Shown in pieces: positions 1 through 12,400 of a stretch of 64,000 nucleotides of DNA. The position numbers and the translations under genes are program-made. Source of the stretch: Nemertoderma westbladi (lineage: Eukaryota; Animalia; Xenacoelomorpha); assembly GCA_032718475.1 (NCBI GenBank), contig JAUCBJ010002753.1:28499-92498 (forward strand), in the 5' to 3' direction. Position 1 is the first letter of the stretch. Each line of letters starts with the position of its first letter. The notes beneath the pieces were generated by a model, which saw only the letters and a list, made by a program, of their open reading frames with translations, ran no database searches and was not told the origin of the DNA.

Positions 1-3000
1 GGTGTTAGCACCAACGTGGCTCGATTCTAAACACAGGTAGGGGTGTTAGCACCAACATGGCTCGATTCTAAAAATAGGTAGAGGTGTTAGCACTACTTGG
101 CTCGATTCTAAACACAGGTAGGGGTGTTAGCACCAACGTGGCTCGATTCTAAACACAGGTAGGGGTGTTAGAACCACGTGGCTCCTTTTTAGCACCACTT
201 AGCTCGATTCTAAACACAGGTAGGTGTGTTAGCACCATTTGGCTCGATTCTAAAAATAGGTAGGGGTGTTAGCACCACGTGGCTCCTTTCTAGCACCACT
301 TGCCTCGATTCTAAATACAGGTAGGGGTGTTAGCACCACTTAGCTCGATTCTAAACACAGGTAGGGGTGTTAGCACCACTTGACTCGATTCTAAACACAG
401 GTAGAGGTGTTAGCACCAACGTGGCTCGATTCTAAACACAGGTAGGGGTGTTAGAACCACGTGGCTCCTTTCTAGCACCACTTGGCTCGATTCTAAACAC
501 AGGTAGGGGTGTTAGCACCAACGTGGCTCGATTCTAAACACAGGTAGGGGTGTTAGAACCACGTGGCTCCTTTCTAGCACCACTTGGCTCGATTATAAAC
601 ACAGGTAGGTGTGTTAGCACCACTTGGCTCGATTCTAAACACAGGTAGGGGTGTTAGCATCAACGTGGCTCGATTCTAAACACAGGTAGGGGTGTTAGCA
701 CCAACATGGCTCGATTCTAAAAATAGGTAGAGGTGTTAGCACCAACGTGGCTCGATTCCAAACACAGGTAGGGGTGTTAGAACCACGTGGCTCCTTTCTA
801 GCACCACTTGGCTCGATTCTAAACACTGGTAGGGGTGTTAGCACCATTTGGCTCGATTCTAAAAATAGGTAGGGGTGTTAGCACCACGTGGCTCCTTTCT
901 AGCACCACTTGGCTCGATTCTAAACACTGGTAGGGGTGTTAGCACCACTTGGCTCGATTCTAAACACAGGTAGGGGTGTTAGCACCAACGTGGCTCGATT
1001 CCAAACACAGGTAGGGGTGTTAGAACCACGTGGCTCCTTTCTAGCACCACTTGGCTCGATTCTAAACACTGGTAGGGGTGTTAGCACCATTTGGCTCGAT
1101 TCTAAAAATAGGTAGGGGTGTTAGAACCACGTGGCTCCTTTCTAGCACCACTTGGCTCGATTCTAAACACTGGTAGGGGTGTTAGCACCATTTGGCTCGA
1201 TTCTAAAAATAGGTAGGGGTGTTAGAACCACGTGGCTCCTTTCTTGCACCACTTGGCTCGATTATAAACACAGGTAGGTGTGTTAGCACCACTTGGCTCG
1301 ATTCTAAACACAGGTAGGGGTGTTAGCATCAACGTGGCTCGATTCTAAACACAGGTAGGGGTGTTAGCACCAACATGGCTCGATTCTAAAAATAGGTAGA
1401 GGTGTTAGCACCAACGTGGCTCGATTCCAAACACAGGTAGGGGTGTTAGAACCACGTGGCTCCTTTCTAGCACCACTTGGCTCGATTCTAAACACTGGTA
1501 GGGGTGTTAGCACCATTTGGCTCGATTCTAAAAATAGGTAGGGGTGTTAGCACCACGTGGCTCCTTTCTAGCACCACTTGGCTCGATTCTAAACACTGGT
1601 AGGGGTGTTAGCACCACTTGGCTCGATTCTAAACACAGGTAGGGGTGTTAGCACCAACGTGGCTCGATTCTAAACACAGGTAGGGGTGTTAGCACCAACA
1701 TGGCTCGATTCTAAAAATAGGTAGAGGTGTTAGCACCACTTGGCTCGATTCTAAACACAGGTAGGGGTGTTAGCACCAACGTGGCTCGATTCTAAACACA
1801 GGTAGGGGTGTTAGCACCACGTGGCTCCCTTCTAGCACCACTTGGCTCGATTCTAAACACAGGTAGGAGTGTTAGCACCACTTGGCTCGATTCTAAACAC
1901 AGGTAGGGGTGTTAGCACCAACGTGGCTCGATTCCAAACACAGGTAGGGGTGTTAGTGTTAGAACCACGTGGCTCCTTTCTAGCACCACTTGGCTCGATT
2001 CTAAACACAGGTAGGGGTATTAGCACCACTTGGCTCGATTCTAAAAATAGGTAGGGGTGTTAGCACCACGTGGCTCCTTTCTAGCACCACTTGGCTCGAT
2101 TCTAAACACTGGTAGGGGTGTTAGCACCACTTGGCTCGATTCTAATCACAGGTAGGGGTGTTAGCACCAACGTGGCTCGATTCTAAACACAGGTAGGGGT
2201 GTTAGCACCAACATGGCTCGATTCTAAAAATAGGTAGAGGTGTTAGCACCACTTGGCTCGATTCTAAACACAGGTAGGGGTGTTAGCACCAACGTGGCTC
2301 GATTCTAAACACAGGTAGGGGTGTTAGCACCACGTGGCTCCTTTCTAGCACCCCTTGGCTCGATTATAAACACAGGTAGGAGTGTTAGCACCACTTGTCT
2401 CGATTCTAAACACAGGTAGGGGTGTTAGCACCAACGTGGCTCGATTCTAAACACAGGTAGGGGTGTTAGAACCACGTGGCTCCTTTCTAGCACCACTTGG
2501 CTCGATTCTAAACACAGGTATGGGTGTTAGCACCACTTGGCTCGATTCTAAAAATAGGTAGGGGTGTTAGCACCAACGTGGCTCGATTCTAAACACAGGT
2601 AGGGGTGTTAGAACCACGTGGCTCCTTTCTAGCACCACTTGGCTTGATTCTAAACACAGGTAGGTGTGTTAGCACCACTTGGCTCGATTCTAAACACAGG
2701 TAGGGGTGTTAGCACCAACGTGGCTCGATTCCAAACACAGGTAGGGGTGTTAGCACCACGTGGCTCCTTTCTAGCACCACTTGGCTCGATTCTAAACACA
2801 GGTAGGGGTGTTAGCACCAACGTGGCTCGATTCTAAACACAGGTAGGGGTGTTAGCACCAACGTGGCTCGATTCTAAACACAGGTAGGGGTGTTAGCACC
2901 ACTTGGCTCGATTCTAAACACAGGTAGGGGTGTTAGCTCCACGTGGCTCCTTTCTAGCACCACTTGGCTCGATTCTAAACACAGGTAGGGGTGTTAGCAC

Positions 3001-3495
3001 CAACGTGGCTCGATTCTAAACACAGGTAGGGGTGTTAGCACCAACGTGGCTCGATTCTAAACACAGGTAGGGGTGTTAGCACCAACGTGGCTCGATTCTA
3101 AACACAGGTAGGGGTGTTAGCACCACTTGGCTCGATTCTAAACACAGGTAGGTGTGTTAGCACCAATGTGGCTCGATTCTAAACACAGGTAGGTGTGTTA
3201 GCACCAACGTGGCTCGATTCTAAGGACAGGTAGGGGTGTTAGCACCACTTGGCTCGATTCTAAACACAGGTAGGTGTGTTAGCACCAACATGGCTCGATT
3301 CTAAACACAGGTAGGTGTGTTAGCACCAACGTGGCTCGATTCTAAACACAGGTAAGGGTGTTAGAACCAAAGTGGCTCGATTCTAAACACAGGTAGGGGT
3401 GTTAGCACCACTTGGCTCGATTCTAAACACAGGTAGGTGTGTTAGCACCAACGTGGCTCGATTCTAAGCAAAGGTGGGGGTGTTAGCACCAATGT
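1..3495. repeat. Minisatellite, 40-41 bp unit (GGTGTTAGCACCA[AC/CT]..TGGCTCGATTCTAAACACAGGTAGG) interleaved with a ~21 bp sub-unit; truncated by window start
   Basis: Unit starts at 1 and again at 42; continues with variants to ~3495. Confidence 0.97.
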
Positions 3496-3736
3496 GATGT
3501 CACATATCTCCAGTGCCACAACAAATTTTGTAACACTTCCATTGAATCTCAGTTTCTGAGATTATTGTCGAAAATTCATGTTATGTAGTGTGAATTATAA
3601 TCAGAGGTTAATGTGAATTATTTATTAATAATTTTGTTGATAATATGGTTTATTATAAGTGTATAAGCTTAAAACTTCAGTTTATATAATTTCCTAAATA
3701 TTATTTTTTAATAATTAGTAATTATGCGTTAATTAG

Positions 3737-3952
3737 GTATAATGATACATATGACCCTTGTGAACTCGGTGCGGGTCAGGTTCATGAGATGCTCAAATCT
3801 AAAGCTAGAGGGCGCTTCCATGATTTGTCACGTGCGTTCGGAGCACTGGTCGCACGTGATGGTGGTTACATCACGAAGAAACACTTCCAGCGGATGTTGT
3901 GGCAGTTCAACTTGCCTATGACTCCGGGCGAATTCGATAAGCTCTGGAGGCG
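3737..3952 (+). CDS. EFCAB6: EFCAB6-like coding exon A (YNDTYDPCELGAGQVHEMLKSK...FDKLWR)
   Basis: Open frame; donor CG|gtgagt at 3953; phase joins exon B (R-YDADGAG). Acceptor aattag|g at 3736 is less certain; cag|g at 3779 is an alternative. Confidence 0.75.
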
Positions 3953-5314
3953 GTGAGTTTAATATGGTTGGCTATTTGAAAATATGTCGCGAAATCTATG
4001 TAATTATTTTACATAATTACAAATAGCCAACCTGCGTCAACGGATTGGTTCTGTGTGCAGGCAGGTAATGCTGCTTGTATCAAGGAATCGTTTGGCCCAG
4101 GCATGGGAGTCTTACAGAGATAATTATGGGCCCTAGATTCGGCATCCATTGTCATTTGTCATTTCCATAGTATTTCCTTACCAGTTTTAATGTGATAATT
4201 TTTTTTTATTATTATTTTAATTTTTTTTTATTTTTTTCTTTCAGTTTGTGATATCTGCAAATTCTTACTCGTCCTATTAACGCTTTACCTTTATATTCTC
4301 TTATATCTTACTGTGGTTTTTAAAATTTAATATTAATTTGTGTAATTTATAGGCCTATTTGGTTTCGTAATATTTTGGTATAATTTAGTGTATTTTAACC
4401 ATTCATCTTTCCTAATATGTTGATTAAAATTTGTGTAATTTAGACAAACGTGTATGAAATTGTGCTGTACACTTTGTGAACTGTATGTATTATTATTATT
4501 TATTCATTTATTAATTCACAACGATTAACAAATACAAAAATTAATACTGACATTATTTTTATTCTTAAATTGTTACTTTTTCGCTCGAATATACTAGTGG
4601 TTAAACGGGATCAGACTCTTCGGGATTTCCGGGATCGGGACCGGGATTATCACTCTCGGGATCCCGATTTTCGGCATCGGGATTCGAATTTTGAATTCGA
4701 TTTTCTTAAAGTTTTCAGTATATTATATTACTGTGTTCGTATAAAACGGATTTTTGGCGAAATTATATCACTTTATTTCATACTGCTGAAATATTTTGTC
4801 TGATAAAATATAATAAAATTTATTTATAGTTGATTACTGGAATCCAGTAATCCGACAATTCGATGTAATCAATAGATTTCTCTTCATCGCGATTCTCTCG
4901 TCCCTTTATTAACCTCGCTGGCGTTCGTTAAATTAAATGCCTCGGGAATAATGAAAAAAAGTTCTACCTTTTTTTTTTTTTTTAATAAAGATTCTTATTT
5001 CCAGTAAAATAATGCAATTTAGCTATCAGCATTAGGAATTATTGTTGAAAGGGAAATTTTGTGAAATAAGATTTTGTATTGCAGGAAAGATTCTTCCCCT
5101 ATTGAACTCTTGATAATTAACCTAGCTCGCTTCGCAAAGACTACATCACAGTGTCAGGGGGAAAATACCCCTTTGTTTTCCGTGTAATAATAACTAATTA
5201 TTTATCTTTTATCTTTCAACGTATAATAGATAAATATCGATGTATTTGGAGAAAGTTTCTCACAATTTTGTTTATCGTTTACTTCATATATTCGCATTTT
5301 GTTTCTCCGTTTAG

Positions 5315-5545
5315 CTACGATGCGGACGGGGCTGGTAAACTTTCCTTCAAGGCTTTCCAACAGCTCCTCGGGCTGGAGTTCTCGCCTGGGGACAACCACG
5401 GCGTGTCTCGTCGGATAGCCGAAGGTAGTGCGGAGGCGTTCACGGTCCATCTAGCTGGGCAGGAGGAGCGCCAGGAAGGAATGGCGGTCCAACAGATGAG
5501 AGCGACAAGTATACTCACCGCCCGGGAGGTAGAGGAACACCTCAA
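5315..5545 (+). CDS. EFCAB6: EFCAB6-like exon B (YDADGAGKLSFKAFQ...EEHL)
   Basis: Pyrimidine tract + ttag acceptor, AA|gtgagt donor, EF-hand-like loop DADGAGKLSFKAF, phase consistent with both neighbours. Confidence 0.88.
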
Positions 5546-5695
5546 GTGAGTTGCATATTGTCCTCATATTGTCCTGGACCTTATAGTCTTTATTATCCGC
5601 ACTTTGCGGACACTACAGGGGATATTTTAAAGAAAGAAAATTATGATAATTTTTTTTATCAAACATAATAATTTATTCGTTTAATATTATCGCAG

Positions 5696-5851
5696 GGATC
5701 GTTTTAGAGATAATTACCAGGACCTCCACGCCGCCTTTAGGAAGGTCGACCTCAATAAAGACGGATTCTTGTCAGTGCAAGAATTCCAGAAAGTTCTCGC
5801 GGATATGAATTACATTATGGATATGGAGACCTTCATCGAATTACTCGAAAG
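5696..5851 (+). CDS. EFCAB6: EFCAB6-like exon C with canonical EF-hand DLNKDGFLSVQE
   Basis: cgcag acceptor, AG|gtatgt donor, EF-hand loop. Confidence 0.9.
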
Positions 5852-6334
5852 GTATGTTACCGTGCTTTATGCGAACAGCTCTTTGTACACCAGATATTCC
5901 AAGATATTCAATAGTGTTATGGTTATTGTCATGGAACCAGAGGCTCTTGGATTTTATTCTAGAATATATTTTAATAAACACAATTTAGATATTTTCTACA
6001 GTAGGCCTTTCTGATATTCGAATTGCTAATATAATATTAATCACATTGAATCGGTAATAGTTAATTTTAGAGGTTGTTAAATTTATATTTTCAGTCTCGG
6101 ATCATTAATTCAATAATTATCAATTAATTTATCGAGCTGAATTTTTCAGAGTAGATACCTAAGATCCGAGGAATAACATCGAATTCTACACTCATCATCA
6201 TTCTCATCAGTTATATGGCTATAGTACTCTATGCTGATTGCCTGTATATATTTTATAACATATAACATAATAACACTTAGTGTTATATGTCATGAGCAAA
6301 AAGTCTCAAAGACTACTTACTACATTGGTTCAAG

Positions 6335-6525
6335 GCATTCTAGAACCGTGGAAAATGTCCTAGAACATTGCAAAATATTATAGAACAGTGCTAAATGTTC
6401 TAGAACAGTTCAAAAGCTTCTAGAATAGTGCACAATCTTCTATAGCAGTTCAAAGGGTTCTATATAGTGCCAATTGTTTTATAAAAGTTCAAAAGGTTCT
6501 AGAATAGTGCAAAATGTTCTAGTGC
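6335..6525. repeat. Diverged ~20-21 bp tandem repeat with TTCTAGAA core
   Basis: Recurring ttctagaa(c/t)agt(g/t)caaaa units. Confidence 0.65.
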
Positions 6526-7224
6526 AGGGTAAATGATATTTTTAATTCTATTTATCCGGTTTAGTTTGTATTTATGAATGTGCATGTAGTATATCTACCA
6601 ATTACAAAAAGTAATTACTATTATTATGATGTAGTGCAGGGAGACCTCAAGTGACAATATTATAATATATAAACCACAGTTTTAGCAAGCTTTCACACAC
6701 AGGGCTTCTTCCGGCTAAGAGTACAATAAAATTGAGCACCGAAAAAGCTTGGAAAATCTACGTGAAAGCTAGCTAGAACTGTGGGCTATTTATTTGTAGT
6801 CATTTGAGGTCTCCCCGCATTAGTAATAGTAATCACGATCACACTAGTGGCGAGAGCGGGTCGGTATTTGTATACTGATTACTAAAAGCAGTGTATGAAT
6901 TCATGGTTTCCTGTGTCACATGTTATTCCTGTAGGACCTAGGCAAGTACTTACTCTGAGTAATTCAACTTTATAAACATTTACTTGATATATTTCACTAT
7001 ACATTTTTGGGATTAATCTGCGATAAGTTTATTCTCAACAGCTGTAACTTTTTGAGTCGGTAAGTTTAGATTTTGCTTGAATTGTGTGACATTATTTCCT
7101 TAACTGGATCTTAAACATTTTATAGGAAAAAGCTCAGTCTGATCAATGAAATCAAACTTTAATAATGTATTACGGTAAATTGTTTATATGTTTTAAATAT
7201 TTTACGGTAAATATTTTAGTCTTA

Positions 7225-9082
7225 TATAGAAATATTTGACCGTTACAGGCTAGGTTTATAGAAACATTTGTCCGTTACAGGCTAGGTTTATAAAAACATT
7301 TGTCCGTTACAGGCTAGGTTTATAGAAACATTTGTCCGTTACAGGCTAGGTTTATAAAAACATTTGTCCGTTACAGGCTAGGTTTATAGAAGCATTTGTC
7401 CATTACATGCTAGGTTTATAGAAACATTTGTCCGTTACAGGCTAGGTTTATAGAAACATTTGTCCATTACAGGCTAGGTTTATAAAGACATTTGTCCGTT
7501 ACAGGCTAGGTTTATAGAAGCATTTGTCCGTTACAGGCTAGGTTTATATAAACATTTGTCCGTTACAGGCTAGGTTTATAGAAACATTTGTCCATTACAG
7601 GCTAGGTTTATAAAGACATTTATCCGTTACAGGCTAGGTTTATAAAAACATTTGTCCGTTACAGGCTAGGTTTATAGAAGCATTTGTCCATTACATGCTA
7701 GGTTTATAGAAACATTTGTCCGTTACAGGCTAGGTTTATAGAAACATTTGTCCATTACAGGCTAGGTTTATAAAGACATTTGTCCGTTACAGGCTAGGTT
7801 TATAGAAGCATTTGTCCGTTACAGGCTAGGTTTATATAAACATTTGTCCGTTACAGGCTAGGTTTATAGAAACATTTGTCCATTACAGGCTAGGTTTATA
7901 AAGACATTTATCCGTTACAGGCTAGGTTTATAGAAACATTTGTCGGTTACAGGCTAGGTTTATATAAACATTTGTCCGTTACAGGCTAGGTTTATAGAAG
8001 CATTTGTCCATTACATGCTAGGTTTATAAAGACATTTGTCCGTTACAGGCTAGGTTTATAGAAACATTTGTCCGTTACAGGCTAGGTTTATATAAACATT
8101 TGTCCGTTACAGGCTAGGTTTATAGAAGCATTTGTCCATTACATGCTAGGTTTATAAAGACATTTGTCCGTTACAGGCTAGGTTTATAGAAACATTTGTC
8201 CGTTACAGGCTAGGTTTATAGAAGCATTTGTCCATTACAGGCTAGGTTTATAGAAGCATTTGTCCATTACATGCTAGGTTTATAAAGACATTTGTCCGTT
8301 ACAGGCTAGGTTTATAGAAACATTTGTCCGTTACAGGCTAGGTTTATAGAAGCATTTGTCCATTACAGGCTAGGTTTATAAAGACATTTGTCCGTTACAG
8401 GCTAGGTTTATAGAAACATTTGTCCGTTACAGGCTAGGTTTATAGAAACATTTGTCCGTTACAGGCTAGGTTTATATAAACATTTGTCCGTTACAGGCTA
8501 GGTTTATAGAAGCATTTGTCCATTACAGGCTAGGTTTATAAAGACATTTGTCCGTTACAGGCTAGGTTTATAGAAACATTTGTCCGTTACAGGCTAGGTT
8601 TATAGAAACATTTGTCCGTTACAGGCTAGGTTTATATAAACATTTGTCCGTTACAGGCTAGGTTTATAGAAACATTTGTCCGTTACAGGCTAGGTTTATA
8701 GAAGCATTTGTCCATTACAGGCTAGGTTTATAAAGACACTTGTCCGTTACAGGCTAGGTTTATAGAAACATTTGTCCGTTACAGGCTAGGTTTATAGAAG
8801 CATTTGTCCATTACAGGCTAGGTTTATAAAGACATTTGTCCGTTACAGGCTAGGTTTATAGAAGCATTTGTCCATTACAGGCTAGGTTTATAAAGACATT
8901 TGTCCGTTACAGGCTAGGTTTATAGAAACATTTATCCGTTACAGGCTAGGTTTATATAAACATTTGTCCGTTACAGGCTAGGTTTATAGAATCATTTATC
9001 CGTTACAGGCTAGGTTTATAGAAACATTTGTCCGTTACAGGCTAGGTTTATATAAACATTTGTCCGTTACAGGCTAGGTTTA
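7225..9082. repeat. 32 bp minisatellite (TAGAAACATTTGTCCGTTACAG|GCTAGGTTTA), ~58 copies, spanning the exon D acceptor
   Basis: First CAG ends at 7248, last at 9072 = 57 x 32 bp. Confidence 0.97.
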
Positions 9083-9268
9083 CCAACAAACGAATCTCGC
9101 TTTTCCTACACTCGTTTTCTGGAGGCTATAGACGAAGGAATGCATCCGCGGTTCAAACGCCAAGCCGTTTTCGCAGAAGGTCCTGAACATTTTGAACATA
9201 TGAGTGTCAGCAATGCGATGGCGAAGCTCGCTGAGAGAACTACGAACAACATGAAAGCTATCGTTTCT
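9073..9268 (+). CDS. EFCAB6: EFCAB6-like exon D (LGLPTNESRFSYTRFLEAIDEG...NMKAIVS)
   Basis: AG from exon C + G gives Arg; frame is open to TCT|gtgagt and joins exon E in phase 0. Confidence 0.85.
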
Positions 9269-10007
9269 GTGAGTTTCCGTTACTTAGTCCCGGACTTATT
9301 GTTTATTGTTCTGAAACGTTATTTGTTTTTTGCTTTCTAGTAATTATTTAGTAGGCTGTGTTCGTTATATTTCTCGCAACAGTAGGAGTCGGTTTACTAG
9401 CGGAGCGCAAAGAGGCAAGTGAAGTAGACAAGAAGTACTTTTATCAACGGGATTTATGTAATTATATTCAAAAATTGAAACATATATTTCCGACTTTCCG
9501 ATGAGGCACTGTTTAAAATAAAATTAATTAAATATAAATAATTTCATTTACAGGTACCGTACAGTGTTTATCGCCAATACTACTGTTTGATATGCTGATT
9601 GATACCGGAACAACAGCACAGTATATATTGTATATGAATCTGAAACTAAAATTTTACAATAGCTGTAGTACCGGTACCTTGGTTCACTTATTGTAATAAT
9701 TTGAGTGTGAGCGGCAGATAAGGGGATATTTTCGACGCAATAAAAATTCATATTAATTCGCCGGATATTAATTTGCCAACATGGGATTTGCGTCCAGTTT
9801 CCCCCCGGACATAAAATATAAACTTTTTTGACGTTGTTGAAACTGACAGAGGTAATAAATGTTTCAACTTTTTAATAAATAATATTAATAATAATGCTTA
9901 AAATTGGACCTCTTCAATCACATCCCTACTTCATTAGGACTATATACACATAAATTCTCCCTTGGTTTAACACAACTGGTCTGGCCGTTTACTATTTATT
10001 TATTTAG

Positions 10008-10199
10008 GCTTTCCATTCGTTTGATAAAACTGGAGTGGGACGCGTAAAGGGCCAGGATTTCCGACGAATCCTCGATAACTTCTGTTTCCGTCTCAATGAC
10101 TCCCAATGGAACGGTCTGCTCTCTCATCTACACGTCTTTGACGATCTCACACTCAACTACAACGATTTCCTCGAAACATTTGTGTCTGAAGATTCAGTT
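10008..10199 (+). CDS. EFCAB6: EFCAB6-like exon E (AFHSFDKTGVGRVKGQDFRRILDNFCF...SEDSV)
   Basis: tttag acceptor, GTT|gtaagt donor, EF-hand-like helix-loop-helix. Confidence 0.9.
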
Positions 10200-10394
10200 G
10201 TAAGTAATCTGTGTAAGAATAGGTATCAGGTAACCCAGAATATATGTTGTAATTCGAGTAAAGTATTGTCGATGTTTAATAATCTAACTCGAGCACTAAG
10301 GCCCCTGATGAACATTATACGATACACCATATATAGTCATCATCAATAAACTAAATACAATTATAGTGAAACTGCACTTAATTCAAAGCATTAT

Positions 10395-10549
10395 TTACAG
10401 GTACATCATTGTGTGCAAATTAGCAGCACTTTGCAGCGTTATGACTCGAGTATATTTATGTACCGAGCGAGCGCAGCGAGGGAGGTTTACATAAATAAAA
10501 AGTGTCTTTAACGCTGAAAAGTGACCTTTGCAAGCAATGATTTATGTAA
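10395..10549. mobile_element. ~155 bp imperfect palindrome (MITE/foldback-like) with central CGAGCGAGCGCAGCGAGG
   Basis: Left arm atcattgtgtgcaaa..cactttgcagcgtta pairs with right arm taacgctgaaaagtg..tttgcaagcaatgat; inner tatttatgta/tacataaata. Confidence 0.6.
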
Positions 10550-10789
10550 TTTTGTTACATTATGTCAACTTATCAGCGTTCGGTACGCGGAGAAAGTATT
10601 TACTATCATTCATTACCGTTTGGGAATTTAAATTGGGTTCATTATCGTACCTTGTTTTACTTTAATGTAACAAAGTTTAGTAGTCGAACTTTGTTGCACT
10701 TGTTGTGGTTCGAATGGAGGCACAGAATTAGTCCCACGGCTTGGGCACACTCGGACAGCCAAGCCAAGGATGCAGTTTAAGGCTGCATT

Positions 10790-12400
10790 TAGGCCCCTGA
10801 TCAGGCAGAACTCGGATAATCTGGATGAGCTTATTAATAAGCAGGGTGAGGCCATCTACAATGCCGATGCCAAGAGGCAGGTAATCGCTCAACCTGGTAA
10901 GAAAAGCCAATAAACCATCAATGACCAGGCTGAATCTCTAGCTGACCGCCTCAACGGAAGGGCCCAGGCTGAATCTCCAGCTGACCGCCTCAACGGAAGG
11001 GCCCAGGCTGAATCTCCAGCTGACCGCCTCAACGGAAGGGCCCAGGCTGAATCTCCAGCTGACCGCCTCAACGGAAGGGCCCAGGCTGAATCTCCAGCTG
11101 ACCGCCTCAACGGAAGGGCCCAGGCTGAATCTCCAGCTGACCGCCTCAACGGAAGGGCCCAGGTTGAATCTCCAGCTGACCGCCTCAACGGAAGGGCCAA
11201 GGTTGAATCTCCAGCTGACCGCCTCAACGGAAGGACCCAGGCTGAATCTCCAGCTGACCGCCTCAACGGAAGGGCCCAGGTTGAATCTCCAGCTGACCGC
11301 CTCAACGGTAGGGCCCAGGCTGAATCTCCAGCTGACCGCCTCAACGGAAGGACCCAGGCTGAATCTCCAGCTGACCGCCTCAACGGAAGGGCCCAGGTTG
11401 AATCTCCAGCTGACCGCCTCAACGGAAGGACCCAGGCTGAATCTCCAGCTGACCGCCTCAACGGAAGGGCCCAGGTTGAATCTCCAGCTGACCGCCTCTA
11501 CGGGAGGGTCCAGGCTGAATCTCCAGCTGACCGCCTCAACGGAAGGACCCAGGCTGAATCTCCAGCTGACCGCCTCAACGGAAGGACCCAGGCTGAATCT
11601 CCAGCTGACCGCCTCAACGGAAGGGCCTAGGCTGAATCTCCAGCTGACCGCCTCAACTTAAGGGCCCAGGCTGAATCTCCAGCTGACCGCCTCAACGGAA
11701 GGGCCCAGGCTGAATCTCCAGCTGACCGCCTCAACGGAAGGGCCCAGGCTGAATCTCCAGCTGACCGCCTCAATGGAAGGGCCACTTTGAGAAGCTCCTA
11801 AACAATTATTGCCTGATAACTTTGTGATACATTGTCTGCTTATGTCTGTACTCCCAAATATTCCCATTGGCGACATCTCCTTTGCTGAAGTCAAGGCTGC
11901 TTCGAAGAGCATCAACACCAATTGTGCCAGTGGATTAGATTACGTATATCCTGAGGTCTTTAAAATACCTGATATAGCGAGTATAGATATAACTAAGAGA
12001 GTCCCACAAGAAATGAAAACAAATAAGTTGGTGCCAGTTCTCAAGAAGGGCAACCTAACACTCTATGGTTCTTTTCGGGGAATCTCGTCGATCTCGATTG
12101 CTGCAAAGCTATACAATATAATTCTATTAAATCGCATCAGGGATCCCATTGGGAGACTGCTCCGTGGAAATCGGAATGGGTTCCGTAAAGGTCGTGGGAC
12201 CATGGAGCCCATTTAGGGAAGGATAATTGAAGAGTTATTTGAAGAAAAAGAAAGATAAACAGACATCTGGTTGCTATGTTTGGTGAATTCTTCAAGGCCT
12301 TAGATTTTCGATTAAGTTTCTCGCTCACGTATGTTCATCATACTTGATTATATGGGATTCCTGGGAAAATTATTGCTACTCTATCAGAACACTACAATAA
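10790..12400 (+). mobile_element. Decayed RTE-clade LINE fragment in an intron, interrupted by a 39 bp array
   Basis: ASGLD..PEVFK, LVPVLKKGNL, FRGISSISIAAKLYN..LLNRIR, NGFRKGR motifs; stops and frameshifts; left boundary approximate. Confidence 0.85.
10925..11785. repeat. 39 bp minisatellite (GGCCCAGGCTGAATCTCCAGCTGACCGCCTCAACGGAAG), ~22 copies
   Basis: Period 39, giving 13-aa repeats in the ORF track. Confidence 0.96.

Noticed and set aside
10889-11661. 13-aa repeat ORFs
   Set aside because: Translations of the 39 bp minisatellite
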